In this document: positions 11,201-19,413 of the stretch, piece after piece | How positions within the stretch are numbered: the first letter of the stretch is position 1 | Layout: each line of letters opens with the position of its first letter | IMG/VR virus record: IMGVR_UViG_3300044216_000963 | Location: 1 to 34,015 of that record | Origin: a virus | Taxonomy: Duplodnaviria; Caudoviricetes | Reading direction: 5' to 3' (one strand) | DNA: 34,015 bases | The notes under the pieces: model-generated | Told to the model about the DNA's origin: nothing | The model's database searches: none | The model's input: only the letters and a program-made list of their open reading frames with translations | Position numbers and translations under genes: made by a program

Positions 11201-11797
11201 CGTTACTTTGATAACATCATGCCTATCTTTGTGGGTGAGCGTCCAGAGTTGCAGTCTGCTGCAGTGGGTACAATTATACCGCCAGCGACAAAAGTATTTG
11301 GTATTAGACCAGTTGAGTTAACAGACACATCTGCTCTTTTAAACATGCTTGGTTATAGTAATTTTGAATTAAATGCAGAACGAAAGATAAGAGAGCAAGC
11401 ACCTAGAGCTGCTAATGAATATAATAGAATTTTATTCTCTGTGATAGAGGCAAAGTCTAAAGCACTTATGGATAACGAAGGGTTTAGAAACGCATCAATA
11501 GAAAGACAAAGATCTATATGGGACAAAGAAAAAAATGATGCTAAAGAGGCTGCAAGAGAAATTATAGTATTACAATATAGTGACTCTCATCCTGTCCATG
11601 GGTCAGTAGTAGACTTACAATATGATTTAACTAGAAAACATAGTAGGTCTGAGATAGATAAAGCTAGAGAAGAATTAGAACTCTCTGAGGATTTAGGTGA
11701 CTTAAACAGAGGTCAACTAATACTCCTCAGAGAATACTTTGATGTTAAAAAAACGGTAGATGAGATTAAAGATAATAAAATACTTAGGGGAAACTAG
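8282..11797 (+). CDS. Large putative internal virion protein
   Basis: 1171-aa helical ORF, last gene of the structural arm, positioned like podovirus ejection proteins. Confidence 0.65.
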   Translation: MTQNVVPEDFFLKFHNKQTQDVVPRDFFLKFHETDTETKTREINEIGLPEAGTYSENDMSEDDNMFSVVEAYMIDRYGKRYVEKQSRDDLVDAFLNNRRGVSGGNSVRNFEETRFLNRIQDDPVKMATAGKAYKLYEDMAGLFSKELTVGEKVEGSLDYIRTFLLDPVNAVGGILGKVVGGGSVRVASNVGQKAAMEAMKKTAGTGASAKTVKKKGAEAFKKAIREAGKETQRNAARFASELKNTRGFKRLIQKGAVAEIATVASIDAIAAAGTDALYQNGLIRTGVQEEFSTMQLGIAALGSVIMGGIQAGRVMARGEIGPQASPLVTGGVENRKDVLKDLTQDLIKYGEMQIPITKKWEARVTDGQELSDLDSDFFIELLLGRHSEDGEEVLFEGISQKAARNNVYWIEESDENVGNWVAEIIATSEQKDVDEFVDAFRKATGNKLRQISAKKMTPEKLADTFANKISQSARNLNALKQVADRNSLSIEDLDVETFIATEADLPFKTIKRETDNPEMSGFEKFLELTPDAIVNAQNKTIRLLVSNPSTSALNVIGWGAHTSLNTVSDIALATVYLGKGGLQKLAFMGNRGDNDLRIAKQIMATTLFKGRTVLDPSMTRAHFETMLSRNAKAMEALDSTLPGGVENATKLITDGEFSSTARMLDLKSEQVVDMIQMLSLVKAQDRFTKSVEFVSQMDKALRLQFNKGWDEFYTDPNASKLMQTKEYSRIEALAVERTLETIFSKSYKGKGALGQIAGAIEDARNIPGIGLMIPFGRFFNNTVDFAFQASPIGLFGKLMGFYKDKTYKELSAKATVAVGFVAYLSQDEDEKRRQGLGLYETRTPGGTIINQQFDYPLSLFKAVARVISMLNAGETPTEDMLSQISRDFTLGGLLRNLDRSQKDMAELLYHAFRLELEDVQRSAIKVSRGIIAQPINAGTRFLEPLNIVAGVVQGGQQKTIDREQGNKFVNDAFRYFDNIMPIFVGERPELQSAAVGTIIPPATKVFGIRPVELTDTSALLNMLGYSNFELNAERKIREQAPRAANEYNRILFSVIEAKSKALMDNEGFRNASIERQRSIWDKEKNDAKEAAREIIVLQYSDSHPVHGSVVDLQYDLTRKHSRSEIDKAREELELSEDLGDLNRGQLILLREYFDVKKTVDEIKDNKILRGN
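8285..8377 (+). repeat. 51-bp-period tandem duplication at the gene start
   Basis: TQNVVPEDFFLKFH / TQDVVPRDFFLKFH; the DNA agatttttttctaaagtttcat occurs twice. Confidence 0.85.
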
Positions 11798-12006
11798 TTA
11801 TTCTCTAACATATAGTCTGCCCACTTGTATGCTTCTTTTCTTATCTCTGACATACTCATACCAACATTACCCATAAGAACCACCATCGCTTGACCAGCAA
11901 AATACCTACGTGCATTTAAAGTTACTGCTGCTTTTTGCGATGAAGTTTTCTTCTGTAGTTCTTGATAAGCCTTAGCCTCCTGCTCTAATTTTGTTAATTT
12001 TTTCAT
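11794..12006 (-). CDS. Hypothetical phage protein (RxYFAxxAM motif)
   Basis: ARRYFAGQAM...AY.WADYML motif common in small phage proteins. Confidence 0.7.
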   Translation of the reverse strand: MKKLTKLEQEAKAYQELQKKTSSQKAAVTLNARRYFAGQAMVVLMGNVGMSMSEIRKEAYKWADYMLENN

Positions 12007-12154
12007 TCTGCTTTACTTTCTCTAGGTTCTTAAAGTAGGCCCTATTAAAACCTAATTGCCAATCCCTGTGTTGCCAGAACTTATATTTATTATGATAGGG
12101 ATTAATTAGTTCGCCTCTTTTAAAGCTTAGTTCACCTTGTTCACATGGAGTCAT
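11972..12154 (-). CDS. Small protein with Rmf/CrpP-like pattern
   Basis: G..SF..G...NPY........W..GF..A. ATG at 12154 overlaps the upstream stop. Confidence 0.55.
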   Translation of the reverse strand: MTPCEQGELSFKRGELINPYHNKYKFWQHRDWQLGFNRAYFKNLEKVKQNEKINKIRAGG

Positions 12155-12387
12155 TTTTTGATTTCTTTCATTGTGTCTATCATTTTTTCTAGATACCATT
12201 GTGCTTTCTCCATATCCTCTACTGGGTTTCCTTTGTAAGTGTGTCGGTGTTGATACTTGATTACATTGCCATGGCAGAAGGCTTTGAAACCCTCCAACCC
12301 TAGCGTTTGCTTTATATAATCAATACATTCAATACCATCACCAATTGTGTAGTGTACAGGTTTATTTACTGGGCTGTAGTCTGACAT
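12151..12387 (-). CDS. DUF3310 / T7 gp1.7-like nucleotide kinase family protein
   Basis: VNKPVHY...IECIDYI...FCHGNVIKY..R...KG..EDMEKAQWYL signature. Confidence 0.85.
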   Translation of the reverse strand: MSDYSPVNKPVHYTIGDGIECIDYIKQTLGLEGFKAFCHGNVIKYQHRHTYKGNPVEDMEKAQWYLEKMIDTMKEIKK

Positions 12388-12388
12388 T

Positions 12389-14293
12389 TTATGCTCCTAT
12401 ATCTACTACTTCACAAACGTCGCCAGTACATGCTAGTGTCTGACTAGACTTCGTTGTATCCTCCTCTTCATAGCTTGAAAGTTTAGACCAGTCAATAGAC
12501 TTTGGCATTAAACTTAATAAAGTTTTATAGTCGTTCATACCTACCTCTTGATAAGGTGCTTGTTGATAAGTGTGTTCACTATAAGGCAAGAAAGATACAC
12601 CAGACATCTCATCAAAATGCTTGTGAACAAATGCACCTACCTCAAACCACTCATCAGGTTTTACATTAACCGTAATACTTGGTTTGTGACAACACCAATG
12701 TCTTTGATATATAAGCCAAGTTTCTAGTTGTTCAATGGCTGTAAGGTCTTTTGTAACTGTTGCACCATCAGGGGCTTTGATTGGAAAACTAAATACAGTT
12801 GTATGCTCTGGCTTCATTACATCAGGTTCACTTGGTATACCTTGATCTTTCATAAAGGTGGTAAGGGGGTCTTTATTATCTCCTCTAATGGTTCTAATAT
12901 AATGATGTGCATAGCGTGGGTGTATCCCAGAGGCACTGTCAACTAATTGGGATACTGTTCCACTGGGTTTGACACAGGTAATAGCTGTTGACTGGGGAAT
13001 ATCCAAGCGATCAGCCCACATAGCATTAGAATTAACAGCAATTTCACGTAGATGTTCAAGTGTTTTATCAAGACCTTTGTTCCTTCTTGTCAGTAGCTTG
13101 TTATCCATTATCCCCGTGAGTGACACACCCAACAGTCTCTCTTCTTCGGTGTTACGCTGCCACACTTTTCGCAAGTATGGGAACTTGGTGTAGGTGGATT
13201 GAACTGTTCCCAAAATTGTTGCAATACGTACCTTTCGCTCAAGATCGTCAATAGTATCCGTAGACCTAACAACAACTTCCGTAAGATTACAGAACTGATA
13301 CGGCCTAAGTATAATCTCAGAACACGGATTAGTCCCAAAGTCCCAGTCAGGATCACGCCTATTATATTTACTAACTTGTTTCTTAGCTGCTTCACGATTG
13401 AATATACCACGTTCTCCACTCCCAGACTCTACCAGAGAAGTCCACTCACGCATAAATGATATGGCATCTGGCTTTTCTGTATAGGCTACAGAGTTATTAG
13501 CTAGTGCTCTGTGAGGGTCATTCTCCCACCAAGCACCAGACTTAGCATGACGCATACGATCATCAGATAAGTTAGATAGACTAATCATTGCTGACCTACG
13601 TACACCTCCCATAACTATGACCTCACCAATCTTACACATAATATCGTGGCACTGTATGCTTGATAGCTTGTAACCTTGTGCCTCTTTAAATGTATGTACG
13701 GTAAAGTTAAATAGATCTACTAGGGGGCCAGGACCAGAGGCTCTACCACCAAAGGTCTTTAACCTAGCTCCTGCAGGACGAACTAAACTAATGTCCCACT
13801 TTGGGATCTCACCACTATAGAGGAGTGCTATTAATTGTCTGAACGCTTTTGCCCAACCTTCTTTACTGTCTCTAACGACGATGGTAGTTTCACTATCGAA
13901 GAGTGTTGGTACTTCGGGGAGCTTGCTGATGAACTGTCTCTCAACGGAGAACCCAACGCCAGTACCACACAAGAGGATGAACATAGCCTCATCAAAAGAC
14001 TTGGGGTCATCTACTGGTAGATAGCTACAGTTATAACCTGCAGTATTATCCCTGTTTAAAGCTGGACCTGCAGTCATCATAGCCCTCATAGAAGGCATAA
14101 CCTCTAGTCCAAGTATAGCATCACGTATTTGATTTACGTAACTATCATCACCTATTACTGGTCTGATGACATTATCCATATACCTCTCAACTGTCTCAGA
14201 CCACTCTTCTCTTCGCTTCTCTTTATCAAGCCAACGTGCATATCTTGATTTATGTATAAAGGCTTGGTATTCTGTGGGTAAATAATTATTCAT
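12389..14293 (-). CDS. nrdJ: Class II (adenosylcobalamin-dependent) ribonucleotide reductase
   Basis: PSMRAMMTAG, YNCSY, GGVRRSA, TNPCSEI, KPSGT and C-terminal CTGDVC. No beta subunit nearby. An in-frame upstream start (GTG near 14368) is possible. Confidence 0.93.
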   Translation of the reverse strand: MNNYLPTEYQAFIHKSRYARWLDKEKRREEWSETVERYMDNVIRPVIGDDSYVNQIRDAILGLEVMPSMRAMMTAGPALNRDNTAGYNCSYLPVDDPKSFDEAMFILLCGTGVGFSVERQFISKLPEVPTLFDSETTIVVRDSKEGWAKAFRQLIALLYSGEIPKWDISLVRPAGARLKTFGGRASGPGPLVDLFNFTVHTFKEAQGYKLSSIQCHDIMCKIGEVIVMGGVRRSAMISLSNLSDDRMRHAKSGAWWENDPHRALANNSVAYTEKPDAISFMREWTSLVESGSGERGIFNREAAKKQVSKYNRRDPDWDFGTNPCSEIILRPYQFCNLTEVVVRSTDTIDDLERKVRIATILGTVQSTYTKFPYLRKVWQRNTEEERLLGVSLTGIMDNKLLTRRNKGLDKTLEHLREIAVNSNAMWADRLDIPQSTAITCVKPSGTVSQLVDSASGIHPRYAHHYIRTIRGDNKDPLTTFMKDQGIPSEPDVMKPEHTTVFSFPIKAPDGATVTKDLTAIEQLETWLIYQRHWCCHKPSITVNVKPDEWFEVGAFVHKHFDEMSGVSFLPYSEHTYQQAPYQEVGMNDYKTLLSLMPKSIDWSKLSSYEEEDTTKSSQTLACTGDVCEVVDIGA

Positions 14294-14354
14294 AGCTTTT
14301 CCTGTTCTACTATCTACCATAGGTAAGTTATCTTTATCCCAGTTTTCTATCTCT

Positions 14355-14561
14355 TCACGAGTCAGCACTATCTTCTCCTTTATCAAGAGATCCTCTCAAA
14401 CGATTAACAATTATCTCTCCCCTAGTTTTTACAGAACTAAGTTGATAATTTAATTGTTGTTGGATATTGGTGTTATATTGCAACTCCATTACCCAAGAGT
14501 TTTGCTCCTCTGAAAAATCAGAAGTGTCATATTCGACATCATCAATTGTTAGTTTAGTCAT
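14355..14561 (-). CDS. Hypothetical protein
   Basis: 68-aa ORF (LTIDDVEYD..DFSEEQ then coiled coil), overlapping neighbours in the operon. Confidence 0.65.
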   Translation of the reverse strand: MTKLTIDDVEYDTSDFSEEQNSWVMELQYNTNIQQQLNYQLSSVKTRGEIIVNRLRGSLDKGEDSADS

Positions 14562-14742
14562 TTTCTATTACCTCACATTTGGTTACTGTTATATCATCAA
14601 TATCATAGAGTGCGTCTTGTACTAGCTCACCTATGACTTGGCAGTTGTTTCCCTCTACTTCTAGGAAATTTGCATCTCTATCTACAAAAATAGTTAGAGT
14701 TACCTCGTAGGGAAAACCTAAGTTATACTCCCTTTTTATCAT
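14554..14742 (-). CDS. Hypothetical protein
   Basis: 62-aa acidic ORF in the operon. Confidence 0.55.
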   Translation of the reverse strand: MIKREYNLGFPYEVTLTIFVDRDANFLEVEGNNCQVIGELVQDALYDIDDITVTKCEVIEND

Positions 14743-14787
14743 TAGTCAAGTCTTCCCTCTTTGAATCTTAGATTTTTTACAAGTTCA

Positions 14788-15561
14788 TCACTTGCCATAG
14801 ATATCTCGTAATCTTCCCAACGAGACAAACTCTGGTTCATAATACCCGTTTTGGATATTTCTTTTAATAATAACTCCCTTCCACCATTCCAAGTTTGACT
14901 GCCCAGCCCAACCCTCTTGCGCCCCTTTGAAGCACCCTGCGACCAAGCCGATAGTCGGATTAGGGTGAGCATCATCCTTAAAAAACATACTACGCTTATG
15001 ACTGTGACCAACAGTAGTACTGCAATGGCGTTTTTGGATAAGCCCATAAGCATGGTGTATACCAGACAAAGCTGTACCATAATTACCACTAGCAATGTAG
15101 TGAGCATACGAGACACCATCGTAATCAGCGATGGAGGGGGCTGAGTTATTATATTCGTGGTATTCATCAAACCATACATCCGTATTTAAATGACTAAAAG
15201 ATAGACCAAATTTACTACCTTCTAGCCTTGGGTCATTAGCTATGGCTTTCTTAATCCTGTTTTCATGATTACCTTCTAAGCCAAAGAAAGCAGGACGTTT
15301 CTTTTTCATTTGCCTAAACTTACGTCTTATTCTTTCTTGTGAGTCATTGTAACATTGGATATCTGCCTCATAGCTTTGTGCTACAATAGCTTTAGGATAT
15401 CTTGTATCATAACTATTTAGTGATTTTAAGTCTGCACCATCTCCTAAGTCTACAACATAGTCAGGTCTTATATCATAGAGCAGATCACCTAGCCAATTAA
15501 ATCTATCATTAGATACTGATGGATCTGCGTGAGCACAGGTAAATACTACTGCTGTTTTCAT
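14788..15561 (-). CDS. Calcineurin-like metallophosphoesterase
   Basis: CAH (variant of DxH), DLGDGAD, GNHE and GHSH motifs. Confidence 0.85.
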   Translation of the reverse strand: MKTAVVFTCAHADPSVSNDRFNWLGDLLYDIRPDYVVDLGDGADLKSLNSYDTRYPKAIVAQSYEADIQCYNDSQERIRRKFRQMKKKRPAFFGLEGNHENRIKKAIANDPRLEGSKFGLSFSHLNTDVWFDEYHEYNNSAPSIADYDGVSYAHYIASGNYGTALSGIHHAYGLIQKRHCSTTVGHSHKRSMFFKDDAHPNPTIGLVAGCFKGAQEGWAGQSNLEWWKGVIIKRNIQNGYYEPEFVSLGRLRDIYGK

Positions 15562-15812
15562 GTCATGTGTTCCTTGTATTTATCATCAACCACTAAAGGT
15601 TCAATAGATCTGGCAAAATATTTCTGCCATTCGTATGCATCATCCATAGTCTCAAACCAAAAATTAGCGGGTTGTATCATTCCGTCTATCTCTGTTTTGC
15701 AGACCATATACCAACCCATACCATCAGGTGCGTCTAGTAGTGAATCTATATCCTCATCATCTTCGTCTAGACTTACTGGGCCTTCTAGTATTCCCCATAC
15801 TTTTATTGTCAT
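15558..15812 (-). CDS. Hypothetical protein
   Basis: 84-aa acidic ORF with RBS AAGGAG, coupled to the next gene. Confidence 0.65.
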   Translation of the reverse strand: MTIKVWGILEGPVSLDEDDEDIDSLLDAPDGMGWYMVCKTEIDGMIQPANFWFETMDDAYEWQKYFARSIEPLVVDDKYKEHMT

Positions 15813-16149
15813 TCCAACTCCTTAATAGTTTAGTGTAGTGATCTAATCCTATCATCACTATCCAAGGTTTACGATCTGATCTATAACAAACAACTGGTTC
15901 TCCTTTACTATGAGAGGACGCTTGTTCTATATATTTGTACGCTGTTTGCATCCCTGACTTTCTTCTTTTTACTTCTATTGATAAAGGTAGTTTTTTTCTA
16001 GCAGCAGGTGAGAATTGTATATCTTCGCCAGTATCACCCATTATGCACCCCTTGATATCATCTGGTTCAAACTCAGGAAATGTTTCAAGCAACTTATCTC
16101 TTATCTCGTTTTGACCAAGCCTACCTTTTGCTTTACCACTACGAGTCAT
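15757..16149 (-). CDS. PD-(D/E)xK nuclease, putative Holliday junction resolvase
   Basis: KAKGR.GQ...GEDI...SIEVK motif in the replication module. Confidence 0.75.
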   Translation of the reverse strand: MTRSGKAKGRLGQNEIRDKLLETFPEFEPDDIKGCIMGDTGEDIQFSPAARKKLPLSIEVKRRKSGMQTAYKYIEQASSHSKGEPVVCYRSDRKPWIVMIGLDHYTKLLRSWNDNKSMGNTRRPSKSRRR

Positions 16150-16996
16150 CTTTTATCTCTGGCACGTTAGGCTCATATTCTACATGAGTTAAGAACACAG
16201 GGCCAGTCTTATAAATAAAAGTTCTGAGATTGGGCCAACACCTTTTCTTAAAGTCACAATAACTACACGGCATAGACAACTTCATATTGGGACTGGTCTT
16301 GCTCTGAGCTACAGGTGGTATCCTGTCTTCAGGTATCTTACCCTTGATCATAGATTTTATATGCTCTACTTCTTTCTTTTTGTTTTTTAACTCCTCTGTA
16401 AAGTCATGTACATCTAAGCAAATACTGCCGTTAACTTTATCTATTGCAAGAAAACCACCATGAGTTTTGTTAGTAACTAGATCATCATCTTTTCCTGCAT
16501 ACACGTAAGATGATAGTTGTGATATATAACCAAACGGATCATCATCTCTCAGAGTCCCTTCCTTAAACTTTTTGAATGCGTTAGGACTACAAGACTTTAC
16601 ATCAATGGTCATACCATCAATCACTGCATCTCTATGTCCTTTGATGCCATGAACATCTAATCTATCTTGCTCACCTACAACAGAGTGTCCTGTCTGTTTT
16701 GCTATTGTTAGGGCTAACTCTTCTATGACATCCCCATAGAAAAATTTAAACAAGGTGTTAGCACGTAATGGTTCTCCTTTATCTTTGCAATTAACCTTAA
16801 ACCAAAGTTTACGTTTACAGGGTGTACCTAAAGCAGACAAACCAAGATAGCTTCTAGGCTCAGGTGGATGTGAGAATCTCTTGGTAGATAAGGCAGATAT
16901 ATTATCTCCCATATTTTTAGCTAAGATATTAGACCAAAGACCTTTACCTTCTATGACAGTATACATATCATCTACAAGTGTGTCTATTGTTTTCAT
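16139..16996 (-). CDS. Cas4-like PD-(D/E)xK exonuclease with probable 4Fe-4S cluster
   Basis: N-terminal GTPCKRKLW, GHRD...IDVKS, Q.SSY and C-terminal CSYCDFKKRCW. RBS GGAG before ATG 16996. Confidence 0.85.
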   Translation of the reverse strand: MKTIDTLVDDMYTVIEGKGLWSNILAKNMGDNISALSTKRFSHPPEPRSYLGLSALGTPCKRKLWFKVNCKDKGEPLRANTLFKFFYGDVIEELALTIAKQTGHSVVGEQDRLDVHGIKGHRDAVIDGMTIDVKSCSPNAFKKFKEGTLRDDDPFGYISQLSSYVYAGKDDDLVTNKTHGGFLAIDKVNGSICLDVHDFTEELKNKKKEVEHIKSMIKGKIPEDRIPPVAQSKTSPNMKLSMPCSYCDFKKRCWPNLRTFIYKTGPVFLTHVEYEPNVPEIKDDS

Positions 16997-17005
16997 GTTA
17001 TCTCC

Positions 17006-17060
17006 AAAAAATGAGGGGTGAGTGTTATGGAAGTACGATGCGGAGGACACCCACCCCTTC
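17006..17060 (-). terminator. Stem-loop with U-tract downstream of ssb (terminator, attenuator or processing site)
   Basis: Minus strand GGGGTGGGTGT...ACACTCACCCC followed by TCATTTTTT. The loop is unusually long (about 20 nt). Confidence 0.55.
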
Positions 17061-17063
17061 AGT

Positions 17064-17567
17064 TTAAAACAGTACTTGTTCTTGAGTGGCTGATACTGTT
17101 TTTAGTTCAGGCTTCTGTGTGGCCTGTGGAGTGATGTTATATTGCACATGGTCTGTTACCATCACCCTATCTAAGCGTTGACCTGATACGTCATACTGAG
17201 TGTCATAAATGGTTATATCTACTTCAACCATAGATCCGTTACCAATTAGACCATCATCCTCTAGTGACCAAGGGCTACCATCTAATTTTGTAACAACTGG
17301 TGGACCAGATGACCACTCATTTCCAGTGTCATACCTACGCTCAAATTTAATTCGTTGGCCTCTTCCCTCTAGATCAGGTTTAGGTTTCTTACTACATCCA
17401 GCAGCCATAAGCCTCTCTATACTATCATCATCTAAAATAAGATCAATAGTACAGCAGCCATCCCACTGTCGATATCTACCACCATAACCTTCCATGTCAC
17501 GATTCTGTGGGAATACTTTTGCCCATTCTGCAATTCCGCTTACAGTTACTTTTCTTGGTTTAGCCAT
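17064..17567 (-). CDS. Single-stranded DNA-binding protein (T7 gp2.5-like)
   Basis: G.AEWAKV, LIGNGSMVEV motif, C-terminal Phe, and position between polymerase and exonuclease. Confidence 0.7.
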   Translation of the reverse strand: MAKPRKVTVSGIAEWAKVFPQNRDMEGYGGRYRQWDGCCTIDLILDDDSIERLMAAGCSKKPKPDLEGRGQRIKFERRYDTGNEWSSGPPVVTKLDGSPWSLEDDGLIGNGSMVEVDITIYDTQYDVSGQRLDRVMVTDHVQYNITPQATQKPELKTVSATQEQVLF

Positions 17568-17580
17568 TTAGTTCTCCTTC

Positions 17581-19413
17581 TTAGTGTATCTCACTGTAGT
17601 TGTTACCGTATTGTATGTCAATACCTAATGTAACATTTAATTTAAGATTTTTGTTTAGTTTGTCAATAGCTGACTGAAGATAATTTGTATGTATATTCTC
17701 CTCTCCTTTTCTGATTACGTTGATTGATTCATCATGAAACTGCCCTACGATATTGGGTCTAGCACCACGATAATAAGCAACCCATTTATCAAAACAGTAT
17801 GCGCCTGTGCTTTGGTTAATAGTAGAGAAAGCATCCTTTTCATATCGTAGGCTATGCCAGAACTTGCTAACTGGATTTTGTACCCACATATCACCACCAA
17901 TAGATCTAATCTTTTGGTCTTCTGCGAACTGTTTGACTGACCAGTTACGATCCCAGTATGCGTCTAAGAGAGTTTGTGCATCTGCCTGAGACATACCTGT
18001 TTCTCTTGATAGTTTACTAGCACCAATACCATAAGTAGCAGAGTAGTTAACTACCTTAAAGTTTTTACGTAACTCTTTTAGCTCAGGCATCTCACCCCTA
18101 TTATACTTTTCTATCTGCTCCTCGTTAGCATAACCTGCATGCTTTGCCAAGTCTAAATGTGGATCAAATCCTGGTCGTGACATTTCTGCAACATAATCTG
18201 GATCGTAAGGATGCATGTAGTGGCGCTTGCAAGTATCCTCTAGTGAAGTCATATCAGCACCACATAATAAATAACCTTGAGGTGCAACAAGACAACCACG
18301 TATTTCTTTACCCCAAGGTTTATCTACTCCTGGCAAGTTGACCAAAGGTTTGTTGTGTTTGAAGCGTAGTGTATTGGTAAGACCACTGATCTCTGCCTTG
18401 ACATACCCATCACGTTCACATTCTATAAAAGCCTCAAAGATACTTAACCTATGTTGTATTACGGTTAAGCCCTCAAGAACTTTAACAACTGGTTCTTTCT
18501 CTGCAAGAAGTAATACAGAAGGTGTAAGCTCCCCATTCTTTCTTACTTGTGGTATACCCCTATCACCATCAAACTTATAGTAACATGGCTCCCAACCAAG
18601 AGAGAACAGCCAGTTCTTTACCTGCTCAGATGAACTAGGATTAGCAGGTTCAACACCCTTAACCACAGACACAACACCCTCGAAGTTTTTAGGTAAATCA
18701 TTATCAGATAAAAGATCTAACCAACGCTTACCATGAGATGATAATGAACCATCTTTCTTGTGCATAACTTTAGGCTTAGACTTCTCAGACATAACCTTAC
18801 GCATAGGCATAACATCAATAAGCTCTTCTATTTTTTGTTCCTGCAATGATTTAAGTTGTGAGATGCAACTGTTAGCTTTAGCAACATCTAACTTCCAACC
18901 TTGCATCTCTGCTTCTCTGGCACAGTCCATCTTGAACGACAGATAACGAAAGAACCTATCCAACTCTACCTTGTTATCTTTGTAGAGGAACATAAACTTC
19001 TTCAGTAAATCTTGCCACAAGATCCAGTTTATTTTTACATCCTGTTCACAACGATGTGTGTATTCCTCTAGTGTTAGGTTTCTCCAGTCATTAATCTCTG
19101 GCTTAGGTATACCATAGTCATCACCAAAGTATTCAAGACCATGACGTGACCTGTCAAAGTTTATTACCCATGACATAGGTAGAGTGTCAAACAGTTGAGC
19201 CTTGATCTTGATACCAAGTATCTTCTCAAGAACTGGTATGTCATAGCGGATAATATTGTGACCAATTAAACCATCTTCCCTACGTAGTATCCTACGCATG
19301 TAGTCATAGTCATTAGTAGTCTTAACCTCTGATCCATCACGAGTGTATGATAAACAGTGTATCTTTGTCACATCCTCTAGTAAACCATCAGTCTCAATAT
19401 CAAATAATATCAT
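17581..19413 (-). CDS. Family A DNA polymerase with 3'-5' exonuclease
   Basis: ExoI FDIETDG, ExoII GHNIIRYD, motif A GADMTSLE, motif B RKNFKVVNYSATYG, motif C FHDE. Confidence 0.95.
   Translation of the reverse strand: MILFDIETDGLLEDVTKIHCLSYTRDGSEVKTTNDYDYMRRILRREDGLIGHNIIRYDIPVLEKILGIKIKAQLFDTLPMSWVINFDRSRHGLEYFGDDYGIPKPEINDWRNLTLEEYTHRCEQDVKINWILWQDLLKKFMFLYKDNKVELDRFFRYLSFKMDCAREAEMQGWKLDVAKANSCISQLKSLQEQKIEELIDVMPMRKVMSEKSKPKVMHKKDGSLSSHGKRWLDLLSDNDLPKNFEGVVSVVKGVEPANPSSSEQVKNWLFSLGWEPCYYKFDGDRGIPQVRKNGELTPSVLLLAEKEPVVKVLEGLTVIQHRLSIFEAFIECERDGYVKAEISGLTNTLRFKHNKPLVNLPGVDKPWGKEIRGCLVAPQGYLLCGADMTSLEDTCKRHYMHPYDPDYVAEMSRPGFDPHLDLAKHAGYANEEQIEKYNRGEMPELKELRKNFKVVNYSATYGIGASKLSRETGMSQADAQTLLDAYWDRNWSVKQFAEDQKIRSIGGDMWVQNPVSKFWHSLRYEKDAFSTINQSTGAYCFDKWVAYYRGARPNIVGQFHDESINVIRKGEENIHTNYLQSAIDKLNKNLKLNVTLGIDIQYGNNYSEIH

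Noticed and set aside
14742-15179. 145-aa alternative-frame ORF inside the phosphoesterase
   Set aside because: A shadow frame of a motif-bearing gene. At most an 18-aa tail peptide could be real.
16139-16996. Cas4-like gene as evidence of a CRISPR system
   Set aside because: Solo Cas4-like exonucleases are normal in phage replication modules, and no other cas genes or repeat-spacer array are seen.
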